Shown: positions 1 to 7,725, counted from the stretch's first letter. The stretch is DNA of 14,661 bases from Candidatus Zixiibacteriota bacterium (GCA_040235515.1 JBECKX010000133.1:1-14661); one strand, 5' to 3'. Program-made: numbers and translations. The notes: generated from the letters alone by a model not told the origin.

Positions 1-2986
1 GATCGGGATCGGGTTCTTCAACATTTGAAAACTCTAGATAGCTCTCCGGCTCAATCTCGAAATTCATGTCGAAGAGATAAAAATTGCCGCGCGCGATGTT
101 CACCGTACCGATGTAGTTTTCCCCTCCATCCTCACGCAGGTAACGCACATTGCCGTCCACCATCATGTTGACATCGGAGTTGCGTACACGCACCGAAGCA
201 GGCAGCATCTCGACATTGATGTTCATATCCCAGAGCGCGGTGGTGTCGGCGGCCTGGATCGCTGCCGTAACCTCTTCATCCTCGAATTCATCGAGATACT
301 CCGCTTCATACACTATCACATCACCCGTCACTATCGGCGGGCTTGAACCGGTAATCTGCAAATCGACATCAGCACGCGCCGAAATGTCTCCCAGGTCATA
401 CTTGAACGGCACCTCAAACCCAACGACTGCCAGATCATAATCGAAAACATCCCTGTCGACGATGTAGATCTCCCCCGCCGACCGCACAATGCCGGTCTTG
501 TTCTTCGCACGCACCTTGCCCTCAACCCAATCGACTTCAACCAGCTTGCCCTGCGATGTGATGCGTGCTTCGAGGTCCTCGATCGGGTTCTGCATCTGAT
601 ACAACTTGGCCGTACCGTTTTCCAGATAGAAGTATCCGCGCGTTTGCGGCTGCTGCGGCGTACCGTATACATCCAGCTCCATCACGAAATCGCCGGTGAG
701 GCTCTCGAGCTCAGGATTCACGGATGAAAGGATGCTCAGGTCATCACCATCCGAGTTGATCTCCAATCGCATCGAGTCCTCCGGCACAAGCACGAAGCCT
801 GAATCAAGATTCATGACCAGCGGAAACTCCCCCTTGGCGCGGACTTCATAACCGAAGTAATCAAGCTTCAGTTGCGTGAAATTGACCATCGAATCGGCAA
901 AGTGTAATTGTGCATCAAGCAGGCCGAGTGTATCCGAACCGTAAGAGAGTCCACGGATTTGCCCCTTAACCTCCGCCGTCGGGTTGGCGAGCTTTCCTGA
1001 CAATGTTCCCTCAAGCGAGAGTTCGCCGGTGATCATCGTGTCAAGCCCCAGCGTAACCAGCCAGGGGGCGAAAAGGAATGAATCTGTCTCGACGCTGAGA
1101 TCGATCGTGGAATCGTAGCCATAGCGTGTCGCGAACGCAAGGCGTCCGCCATCCCCCCTGACGGCGGCGTGATCGATCAGGATCTGGTCCGCCTGAAACA
1201 ACACCATGAACGGCTGTTCAGCGGTGTATGAGAGTGAGTCGAATACGAAATTGTACTGGTGGACTTCAACATCCGCTGTGCTGTCGATGATAGTCGCCTG
1301 CGCGGTCGCGGACATCATGTAGCGCTGATCGTAGAGATACGATGACTTGATATCGACAACGTTAGAGTCAATGTCGAGTGACACCGTGACACTCTCCGCA
1401 GGCAAGTTCCACACGTCGCTCTTCCAGGACTTCAAATCAACGCTCCCTTCGCGGCCGTAAAGAAAGCTGCGAATGTCGAAGGTGGCATAGACACTATCTG
1501 TCGCAAAGCCGTAGAAACTGTTCGAGTCACCCGAAAACGTTCCCCTGATATCGGGATCAAGCACCGGTCCTTCGACCACGTAGCGGGCACTGGCGGGACC
1601 GGATAACTCTTCGATAAAAAGATCACCCCAGAAATCGGCCAGTTGAGATGTCTTAAAGTCACCCCGAAGGTTCATCTGACCCGTGTAGTCAACTACCCCC
1701 TCTGCCGTAAAGTGTGAGTTCTTGTAGTCCAGTGAGAACCCGGGGTGGAAGTAAAGGTCGTTGACGTTCAGGCTGATTGCCCCATAGAGGGAATCGTAAC
1801 GGACAAAATCATAGCTGCCCGGCCCGAATTCGCCGTAGAGATCGATGTTAAAGGAATTCGCTCCCAGACCGGAACCATACAGTTCGAGATTACCGCTCAA
1901 GTTCGACGCGAAAGTTTCGGGTACGATCTTATCGAAGTTGATATGCTCGATGCCAAGTGCAGCCTTATAGGTCTCTGGCCGGGTGACGAAGTTGATATCA
2001 GCCGAGCCTGCCATCGTTCCATCGAAGAAGTCTCCTTCAAGGTCGGTGAACGCGAGCACCCCATCACTGAAGTGAAACTGGCTGACCAGCGGACCAAGCT
2101 CACGTTCGAACAGGACGCCCTCGGCGCTGACCTGCCCCGAGAAGTTATTCAATTCGCCGGTCATACTTGCATCAAAGTCGAACCCGCCCGATAGTTCCTT
2201 GCCGATCAGGATTCCGATCTCATCGAGTGAAATGTGGGAGTCGCGAAACCGGAAAGTAAACGGTTGCTGTGGATCAAAGGGCATGATGCCACTGGCGATG
2301 ATCTTGGATGAATCGGTCTTGACGTAGAGTGTATCAACCCCCAGCGACCTGTTCGAGATGGCCACCTCACCCGACAGATCACGCAACCTGAATCCTCTGA
2401 CCGGGAGCGAAAGCGCAATCGAATCGAGTTTTGCATGGAGTACGCCATCACGGTACTCACCCCTACCGGCCAGAGTCAGACTATCCACCAGCAGCGGCTG
2501 TGGAGTACGCTGCCAGTTGAATTGCGCGTTCTCCAGCACGAACCCGTTGATCTTGACGTCGGGAAACACCGTCGATTTTTCCGAATCCCCGTTGCTGAAA
2601 CTGGGCAGTATCGGCTTGTTGTTCTCGTCGCTACGCAGGATCACTGCGGGGGATTCAACCCGCAAACTGTCGATAATCCAGTTCGCCCGCAACAGTTCTC
2701 GCGCATTGTAGAAAACTTCCAGCTTTTCGATTTTGCCGATTCGATAGGAGAGCGAGTCCTGCATGATGGTGACTCGAATATCCTCCACAACCAGGTTCTT
2801 GAACAAGCTGCCACCGATCTTGCCAAACTCGATATCGACGTCATACTTCGATTCGATGTAGGTAGTCAGTGCCAGGTTCGCCAGCTTGTGTACCAGCGTG
2901 GTCTGCGTGACCAGGTAGAGTGTCAGCGCAACAGCCGCCAGGAACAGCAGAAAGATCGCCACCGGTATGCGGAGGAAATACCTCAC
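1..2986 (-). CDS. tamB: Translocation/assembly module TamB-like (AsmA-like/DUF490) protein, partial (runs off the left edge)
   Basis: Absent from the ORF track because no stop falls within the window. The GTG start at 2986 overlaps the upstream TGA (GTGA). Manual translation gives MRYFLRIPVAIFLLFLAAVALTLYLVTQTTLVHKLANLALTTYIESKYDVDIEFGKIGGSLFKNLVVEDIRV, an N-terminal membrane anchor followed by a TamB-like beta-rich body. The same frame was open at spot checks near 2280, 1560, 540 and 60 (not every codon was checked). The end of the window reads GTVNIARGNFYLFDMNFEIEPESYLEFSNVEEPDPD, resembling the TamB C-terminal domain. Confidence 0.85.
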   Translation of the reverse strand, partial: MRYFLRIPVAIFLLFLAAVALTLYLVTQTTLVHKLANLALTTYIESKYDVDIEFGKIGGSLFKNLVVEDIRVTIMQDSLSYRIGKIEKLEVFYNARELLRANWIIDSLRVESPAVILRSDENNKPILPSFSNGDSEKSTVFPDVKINGFVLENAQFNWQRTPQPLLVDSLTLAGRGEYRDGVLHAKLDSIALSLPVRGFRLRDLSGEVAISNRSLGVDTLYVKTDSSKIIASGIMPFDPQQPFTFRFRDSHISLDEIGILIGKELSGGFDFDASMTGELNNFSGQVSAEGVLFERELGPLVSQFHFSDGVLAFTDLEGDFFDGTMAGSADINFVTRPETYKAALGIEHINFDKIVPETFASNLSGNLELYGSGLGANSFNIDLYGEFGPGSYDFVRYDSLYGAISLNVNDLYFHPGFSLDYKNSHFTAEGVVDYTGQMNLRGDFKTSQLADFWGDLFIEELSGPASARYVVEGPVLDPDIRGTFSGDSNSFYGFATDSVYATFDIRSFLYGREGSVDLKSWKSDVWNLPAESVTVSLDIDSNVVDIKSSYLYDQRYMMSATAQATIIDSTADVEVHQYNFVFDSLSYTAEQPFMVLFQADQILIDHAAVRGDGGRLAFATRYGYDSTIDLSVETDSFLFAPWLVTLGLDTMITGELSLEGTLSGKLANPTAEVKGQIRGLSYGSDTLGLLDAQLHFADSMVNFTQLKLDYFGYEVRAKGEFPLVMNLDSGFVLVPEDSMRLEINSDGDDLSILSSVNPELESLTGDFVMELDVYGTPQQPQTRGYFYLENGTAKLYQMQNPIEDLEARITSQGKLVEVDWVEGKVRAKNKTGIVRSAGEIYIVDRDVFDYDLAVVGFEVPFKYDLGDISARADVDLQITGSSPPIVTGDVIVYEAEYLDEFEDEEVTAAIQAADTTALWDMNINVEMLPASVRVRNSDVNMMVDGNVRYLREDGGENYIGTVNIARGNFYLFDMNFEIEPESYLEFSNVEEPDPD

Positions 2987-3597
2987 TCAGCGAACACCTT
3001 TTCGATCGTTGCATTCAACAGCTTGCGTTCATCGCCGCTGAACTCGAGGTCCGACAATACACTGCTGAGGGCGTCACGCTTGATCCCCAGATTGCGAGCC
3101 CCGCGTACATGGCTGTAAAGCTGTACCGGATGCCCCGAGCGGACCAGGAATACGACACTGGCGACTTCGCGCGCCACCTCACCGGGTCCGGGACGAGAGA
3201 GAACCTTACCATACCCCTCAAGCACCATCCACTCCGCCAGTTCCGCCGAGGTCGAGCGCATGTTCTCCACCAATCGCTGGAAGTTGGGAGCGTAAATCTT
3301 CGAGCAGAGTTCCTCCCCGCGTTGCTGCAGCACATCACGCGCAGGTCGCTCCAGCAGTCTCTCCTTCATCGAATCATACAACTTCAATTCAGCGAAGACC
3401 TTTGCTGCCTCAATCGCCTGGGCATAGCCGAAGAAGAGATATGATTGCAGGATTATCTCATAGGCAATCGTCGCGGAGAGGTTGGCAGGCACGAATTCAC
3501 CCAGCCAGGCGCGCAACTGGTTGAGCCGCCCGGGAGCTAGCAGAAATGCCAGCTTGGCTATCGCCGAGAGGTCAAGTTCCGAGTTATGGGAGTTCAT
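2983..3597 (-). CDS. Carboxymuconolactone decarboxylase (CMD)/AhpD-like family protein
   Basis: Family-like motifs EIILQSYLFFGY and EGYGKVLSRPG..REVASV...QLYSHVRGARNLG. ATG 3597 is preferred over GTG 3615 because GGAAGG lies upstream of it. No CxxC. Confidence 0.8.
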   Translation of the reverse strand: MNSHNSELDLSAIAKLAFLLAPGRLNQLRAWLGEFVPANLSATIAYEIILQSYLFFGYAQAIEAAKVFAELKLYDSMKERLLERPARDVLQQRGEELCSKIYAPNFQRLVENMRSTSAELAEWMVLEGYGKVLSRPGPGEVAREVASVVFLVRSGHPVQLYSHVRGARNLGIKRDALSSVLSDLEFSGDERKLLNATIEKVFAE

Positions 3598-3669
3598 CGC
3601 CAGTTCGCCTTCCACAGCCTGTATGACCGCGCTTTCGGGCCGTTCTTCACCCGTGTAAACAGTATGACG

Positions 3670-3698
3670 ATTGTGGCTAATCGAGGTGGAATTCGCAA
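3670..3698 (-). promoter_or_regulatory. Putative sigma70-type promoter for the CMD-tamB operon
   Basis: TTGCGA-N17-CACAAT on the minus strand, between the terminator at 3773-3808 and the CMD start. Confidence 0.35.
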
Positions 3699-3772
3699 GC
3701 GATTACTCAAGCCAAAGCTGTTAACGTTACTGCTTCCGGTGGTGTGCAACCGATTGATCAGGGGCTGTCCTC

Positions 3773-3808
3773 AAAGAAAAGAGCACCTGCCACTAGACGG
3801 GTGCTCTC
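3773..3808 (-). terminator. Rho-independent terminator of the ECF sigma/anti-sigma operon
   Basis: Minus strand GAGAGCACCCGTC-TAGT-GGCAGGTGCTCT followed by TTTCTTT, about 45 nt after the anti-sigma stop. Confidence 0.8.
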
Positions 3809-3853
3809 GGAAACTCTATCGATTTCAAGCCGGCTCAACGCTGAGCCACTGCG

Positions 3854-4582
3854 TTAGTTCTGGCGCGTATAGGATGTCCTCACTACTCCGGCGTTTACGG
3901 TTGAGAAGCCCGGGTCTGTGCCGCGACTTCCGAATCTCAGGCGATGGTCGGCATTGCGGAAAAACTGAGTTTCCGGTACCTGGCTACCGAGCTTGTGCAA
4001 CCAGTCAACGTAGAGCGACTCCACGCGCGCGATGTTGGCGACGCGCAGTGTACGATCGTTGCTGTAGCTCGTGGCCCGATAGCTCGAACGTTCGCCCGAT
4101 ACACCAATCACGTTCTCATAGGCTGTTATCGGAGGCCGATGCTGTGCCTTCTGAGCGACATAACCCTGGTTGCCGACATTGTTGTCGGCGATCAGTTGAT
4201 TGGTCTGATCAAGCTGCTGAGGCAGCTCCGAACCGCTGCCGAAGAATATTACCGCCACCAGTGCGCACGCGGCAACCGTCGCAGCGGCTGATAGCCAGCC
4301 CAACGGTCGATGCCAGAATGCGGGCGCTTCCGCCGGCAAGTAACTCTCGGTCGGATGATTCTGTTCGGCATAAATCCGATTCAGCAATTTCAGGTTGAAA
4401 TCATCCGCCACCTGCCGCCGTGGCAACGACTTTGCGGCAGTCAACATCTCTTTCATCAGAAACTGCTCGCGCGCGCAGTCACGGCAATCCCTGATATGCT
4501 CCTCCACTCGTTTCGAAAGATCGGAGGGCAATGAACCATCAAAGGATGCTGATAGGTAGGATTGTACCTTTCGACAATTCAT
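3854..4582 (-). CDS. Transmembrane anti-sigma factor with zf-HC2 zinc-binding (ZAS) domain
   Basis: N-terminus MNC..VQSYLSASFDGSL...VEEHIRDCRDC contains HxxxCxxC, followed by a single TM helix (WLSAAATVAACALVAVIFF) and a C-terminal extracytoplasmic region. GGAGG RBS. Overlaps the sigma gene by 44 nt. Confidence 0.9.
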   Translation of the reverse strand: MNCRKVQSYLSASFDGSLPSDLSKRVEEHIRDCRDCAREQFLMKEMLTAAKSLPRRQVADDFNLKLLNRIYAEQNHPTESYLPAEAPAFWHRPLGWLSAAATVAACALVAVIFFGSGSELPQQLDQTNQLIADNNVGNQGYVAQKAQHRPPITAYENVIGVSGERSSYRATSYSNDRTLRVANIARVESLYVDWLHKLGSQVPETQFFRNADHRLRFGSRGTDPGFSTVNAGVVRTSYTRQN

Positions 4583-5246
4583 ATGATTCCTCCATGCGAG
4601 GCTTAAGTCTTGTTCTCAGGATCGCCCGCGCGCGATTGACTCGCGACTTCACTGTGCCAAGCGGCACTCCAAGAACCTGGGCAATCTCTTCATACGAAAG
4701 ATGATCAATGTCGCGAAGAACGAATGCCGTCTTGTACTTCTCCGGCAATCGTTTGATTTCCGTCTCCAGCAGAGTCTTCAATCCGCTGTTCTGGTGTACT
4801 CGCTCTTCCTTCGCCGGCAACTTCTCTGAGAAGTCAAAGATGTCGAAGAACTTGATCTTCTTGCGGCGACGCAACTCGTTGCGTGCGAGGTTGAGCGCAA
4901 TGGTGTAAATCCAGGTGGAGAACGCGTAACGGAAATCGAAGGACATCTTGTGCTGCCAGACCCGCAGGAATGTCTCCTGCAACAGGTCATTGGCCTCGTC
5001 CTCAGATGACAGCATCCGGTTCAGCACATTGAACAATCGATCTTTGTAGCGGTTGACCAGCGCGTTATAGGAAACCATATCGCCTTCCTGAACCCGCTTC
5101 ATCAACTCAAGATCGGGGAGTTGCTCTCTGTTCAAACGACTGTCCTTTCGTTTATTATCCCGTGAACTGTTTATATCTTTTACACTATGCTCTGTCGACG
5201 TGTTCCGATTTTTCGCTTCCGCTTTCCCGGCATTTCGCTTTTTCAT
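4539..5246 (-). CDS. ECF-family RNA polymerase sigma-70 factor (RpoE/SigW-like)
   Basis: Region 2 (EANDLLQETFLRVW...FSTWIYTIALNLARNELRR) and region 4 (LPEKYKTAFVLRDIDHLSYEEIAQVLGVPLGTVKSRVNRAR). ATG 5246 is chosen because GGAGA lies 6 nt upstream. Confidence 0.95.
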   Translation of the reverse strand: MKKRNAGKAEAKNRNTSTEHSVKDINSSRDNKRKDSRLNREQLPDLELMKRVQEGDMVSYNALVNRYKDRLFNVLNRMLSSEDEANDLLQETFLRVWQHKMSFDFRYAFSTWIYTIALNLARNELRRRKKIKFFDIFDFSEKLPAKEERVHQNSGLKTLLETEIKRLPEKYKTAFVLRDIDHLSYEEIAQVLGVPLGTVKSRVNRARAILRTRLKPRMEESYELSKGTILPISIL

Positions 5247-5281
5247 GATGTATCTCCATTCCATTGCTTACAACGAATAAA

Positions 5282-5297
5282 AGCAACCACTGTGCCA
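5282..5297 (-). promoter_or_regulatory. Sigma54 (RpoN) -24/-12 promoter upstream of the ECF sigma gene
   Basis: Minus strand TGGCAC-AGTGG-TTGCT matches the core TGGCAC-N5-TTGCW exactly. Predicted +1 near 5271, about 25 nt before ATG 5246. Confidence 0.75.
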
Positions 5298-5399
5298 AAC
5301 TTTCCTGCCGCACAGCTGAAATTCCAGTGGAGAAGCACACTATATTTGGTTATCTTTCGTTATCACATTCGCCACGCATTCAGGCAGAGGAGGCCGTAA

Positions 5400-5927
5400 G
5401 TGAATGTATCAGAAGCGATTGCGGCTCGCCGCTCGATTCGCTCCTATAAGGACAGCGCGCTCAATTCCGAGACAATAGAAAAACTGCTTTCAGCCGCCCG
5501 CCTCGCTCCGTCGGCTCGCAACGAGCAACCGTGGCGGATCGTTGTAGTTACTAACCCGAATGTACGCAAGGAATTACGGCATGCCTGCATGGAGCAGTCG
5601 CAACTGGGGGAAGCAGACTTGGTACTCTGCGGTTGTATCGGCGCCCCGCGCTCCGGTGAAAAGAGTGAGTATGAATCACAGGTGATAGATCTGACAATTG
5701 CCTTCTCATTCATCATGCTCCAGGCGGTTGAACTCGAGCTCGGCTCCTGCTGGATTGGGGATTTCAACCCGAAGAAAGTCAAGAACTTGCTGAAAATACC
5801 CGACTCGCAGACCGTCGTCGCACTGCTGACCGTCGGCTACCCGCATTACAACCCACCGGCTTCTAGCCGAAAACCGCTCGGCCAACTCTTTGCCAAAGAA
5901 CTGTTCTCGCAAAACTGGCCGGAATAA
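5400..5927 (+). CDS. Nitroreductase family (FMN-dependent) protein
   Basis: RRSIRSY, AARLAPSARNEQPWRIVVV, LQAVELELGSCWIG and LLTVGYP motifs. GAGGAGG RBS at 5387-5393 before the GTG start. Confidence 0.93.
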   Translation: MNVSEAIAARRSIRSYKDSALNSETIEKLLSAARLAPSARNEQPWRIVVVTNPNVRKELRHACMEQSQLGEADLVLCGCIGAPRSGEKSEYESQVIDLTIAFSFIMLQAVELELGSCWIGDFNPKKVKNLLKIPDSQTVVALLTVGYPHYNPPASSRKPLGQLFAKELFSQNWPE

Positions 5928-5972
5928 TTTTGGCTGGTACGGCGTCTAGGCGTTGATACCGGGGTGACATTC

Positions 5973-5987
5973 GCACAATCTTTGTGC
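5973..5987. promoter_or_regulatory. Inverted repeat GCACAA-TCT-TTGTGC, a candidate enhancer-binding-protein site (NtrC-like GCAC-N7-GTGC)
   Basis: 6-bp arms with a 3-bp spacer, centred about 165 bp upstream of the predicted sigma54 start near 6144. Confidence 0.4.
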
Positions 5988-6117
5988 CTCGGTGCGACCT
6001 CATCGTCACAGAATCTGTTCATCATATCGTTTTACACCTGCGACAACCGTTCCAGCCCTTCCCTTTGACCGCCTCAAAGTCAAGCGACTTCGCAGCTTAC
6101 AGCTGCGGCACACGAAC

Positions 6118-6133
6118 AGGCACTCAACTTGCT
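6118..6133 (+). promoter_or_regulatory. Sigma54-type -24/-12 promoter upstream of the outer-membrane gene cluster
   Basis: AGGCAC-TCAAC-TTGCT, one mismatch to TGGCAC-N5-TTGCW with the GG/GC spacing intact. Intergenic and correctly oriented. Confidence 0.6.
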
Positions 6134-6269
6134 ATTGTAATGTTAGAGAGGGAGTCTATCTGCGCACTCCTTCCTGCCCGCAATTGATTGTTTTATTTGA
6201 CCGTTGCTAATAACGACATACATTCTCTCACAGGAGATTTATTGCGGGAAACATGGAATGGAGGCATGG

Positions 6270-7097
6270 ATGCCACGTACCCACTGGCTGGCGATGCTGT
6301 CGGCAATCGCGGTCATGGCGATGCTGTTCAGTTCAGCGGACGCGCAGTATCGCCCTGCCGAAGATGAACCGATAGCGGAGACTGGAAGGAGTTACTCCTA
6401 CGACAATATGCCGCCACGGCAACTGATCGACTGTCCGACAGCCGCAACGTTGCCGCGGGCTAGCTTTGCTGTGAACCTGCGGACCTCGTCGAACGGGTCG
6501 GTGATCCTGAATACAACTATCGGGCTCCACCGTCGCCTGATGCTCGGCGTATCATATGGTGGTGAGGGTATCCTCGGTGATGGCAAAGCTGATGGCTATG
6601 ACCAGGTCGAGTTCAACGTCAAATACCAGTTGATCAGCGAGACGTTGATGACACCTGCGATCGCATTCGGGTACGACGGACAAGGCTCCGGGCGTTATTT
6701 TAACGACATGAAGCGATTTATGTACAAGTCAAAAGGCTTTTATGCTGTCGTATCTAAAGGATACCAGACATATCGCTGGTCGTCAGGATTGCACGGAGGC
6801 GTCAATTATTCGTTGGAATCTGATGTAGACGGCGAAGAGGATGTCACCGTCTTCTTCGGTGCGGATCTTTCGGTACAGCAGGATGTATCACTGGTGGCGG
6901 AATACGATCTCGCCCTTAATGACAACAAGGATGAGGAACACTCCGGCAAGGGCTGGGGTTATCTCAATTTAGGAATTCGCTGGATATTCTCCGAACGTCT
7001 GGAGATCGGTTTCGATATACAGAATGTCATCGATAACCGCAACGATACAACCTCTCCGACGCGCGGACTGAAAATCACATACCACGAGTTCTTCTAA
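6270..7097 (+). CDS. Exported outer-membrane beta-barrel protein, YjbH-domain-like
   Basis: ATG 6270 follows GGAGG (6260-6264). Signal peptide MPRTHWLAMLSAIAVMAMLFSSADA, then the LIDCPTAATL motif typical of YjbH-like proteins, alternating amphipathic strands and a C-terminal Phe (LKITYHEFF). Confidence 0.7.
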   Translation: MPRTHWLAMLSAIAVMAMLFSSADAQYRPAEDEPIAETGRSYSYDNMPPRQLIDCPTAATLPRASFAVNLRTSSNGSVILNTTIGLHRRLMLGVSYGGEGILGDGKADGYDQVEFNVKYQLISETLMTPAIAFGYDGQGSGRYFNDMKRFMYKSKGFYAVVSKGYQTYRWSSGLHGGVNYSLESDVDGEEDVTVFFGADLSVQQDVSLVAEYDLALNDNKDEEHSGKGWGYLNLGIRWIFSERLEIGFDIQNVIDNRNDTTSPTRGLKITYHEFF

Positions 7098-7167
7098 GCT
7101 CACCTGCGACGGGAGCGACGAACTCGTTAGACGCAAACCAGGCGCTTCAAACAGATTGGTTGGTCCC

Positions 7168-7725
7168 ATGCAAGCCCGCAACATTATCATCGCCATCGCA
7201 GTCGGCGTCGCGGCATCGATCGTCTCGCTCGGCTGCTATACCATTATCAAACACCCTGATATGCAAAGCAGGCAATCGTACAATGATTCCGAGGGCTATA
7301 CTCACACAGCCCAGGATCGTGACTGCATGCGTTGCCATCAGGACTACTCCGAGTACCCGTACGGCTACTACTACAGCGACTACTATCCCGACTACTACTG
7401 GACCTATCCCAGCTGGGGAAGATACTACGCCTACCCATGGTGGTGGGACTATTACTGGTACAAGGACGATAACGGAACCGTTGTAACCGGCGAGCGGCCC
7501 GACCGCCGGCGCCAGGGAATCACGCCACCCTACACTCGCGGCGTAGAACCCACTGCACCATTACCGCCCCCCTCCTTCCCGAACAGCGGACAGATCGGCG
7601 GATCAGGCGGTGGGACAACAACGGGAGGCAGTGCCGGGTCTGGGGGTGGCACCAATACCGAAGAAAAGCAAGAGGAACAGAAGCCGCCGAAACGACGTGG
7701 CGGTACTCAAAAGGGAGATGACTAA
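7168..7725 (+). CDS. Putative lipoprotein with a CxxCH heme-c motif, a Tyr/Trp-rich segment and a Pro/Gly-rich tail
   Basis: Signal peptide and lipobox MQARNIIIAIAVGVAASIVSLG-C, CMRCH at 7324-7338, an aromatic tract at 7345-7461, and a stop overlapping the next start (TAATG). The start codon is uncertain (7156 or 7168) because the SD is weak. Confidence 0.75.
   Translation: MQARNIIIAIAVGVAASIVSLGCYTIIKHPDMQSRQSYNDSEGYTHTAQDRDCMRCHQDYSEYPYGYYYSDYYPDYYWTYPSWGRYYAYPWWWDYYWYKDDNGTVVTGERPDRRRQGITPPYTRGVEPTAPLPPPSFPNSGQIGGSGGGTTTGGSAGSGGGTNTEEKQEEQKPPKRRGGTQKGDD

Noticed and set aside
150..3444. Many ORF-track entries of 60-230 aa on both strands (e.g. 1745-2194, 2435-3118, 2920-3444)
   Set aside because: They are antisense or off-frame shadows of the tamB-like and CMD genes, with no recognisable motifs.
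3832..3847. Small hairpin GGCTCA-ACGC-TGAGCC right after the anti-sigma stop
   Set aside because: It has only 6 bp and no U-tract, and the stronger terminator at 3773-3808 accounts for termination.
3586..4398. 270-aa plus-strand ORF
   Set aside because: It is Arg/Cys/Ser-rich, runs antisense to the anti-sigma gene and crosses a terminator, so it is not credible as a protein.
6204..6269. Longer TTG start for the YjbH-like gene
   Set aside because: ATG 6270 has a GGAGG SD and directly begins a signal peptide.
7110..7150. GACGCAAACC resembling part of a c-di-GMP-I riboswitch
   Set aside because: The upstream GGCAAA and GNRA-capped stem and the downstream receptor hairpin are missing.
7342..7461. 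GACTAC/TAC quasi-repeats suggesting a tandem repeat or CRISPR array
   Set aside because: They are explained by Tyr and Asp codons, and there is no repeat-spacer periodicity.
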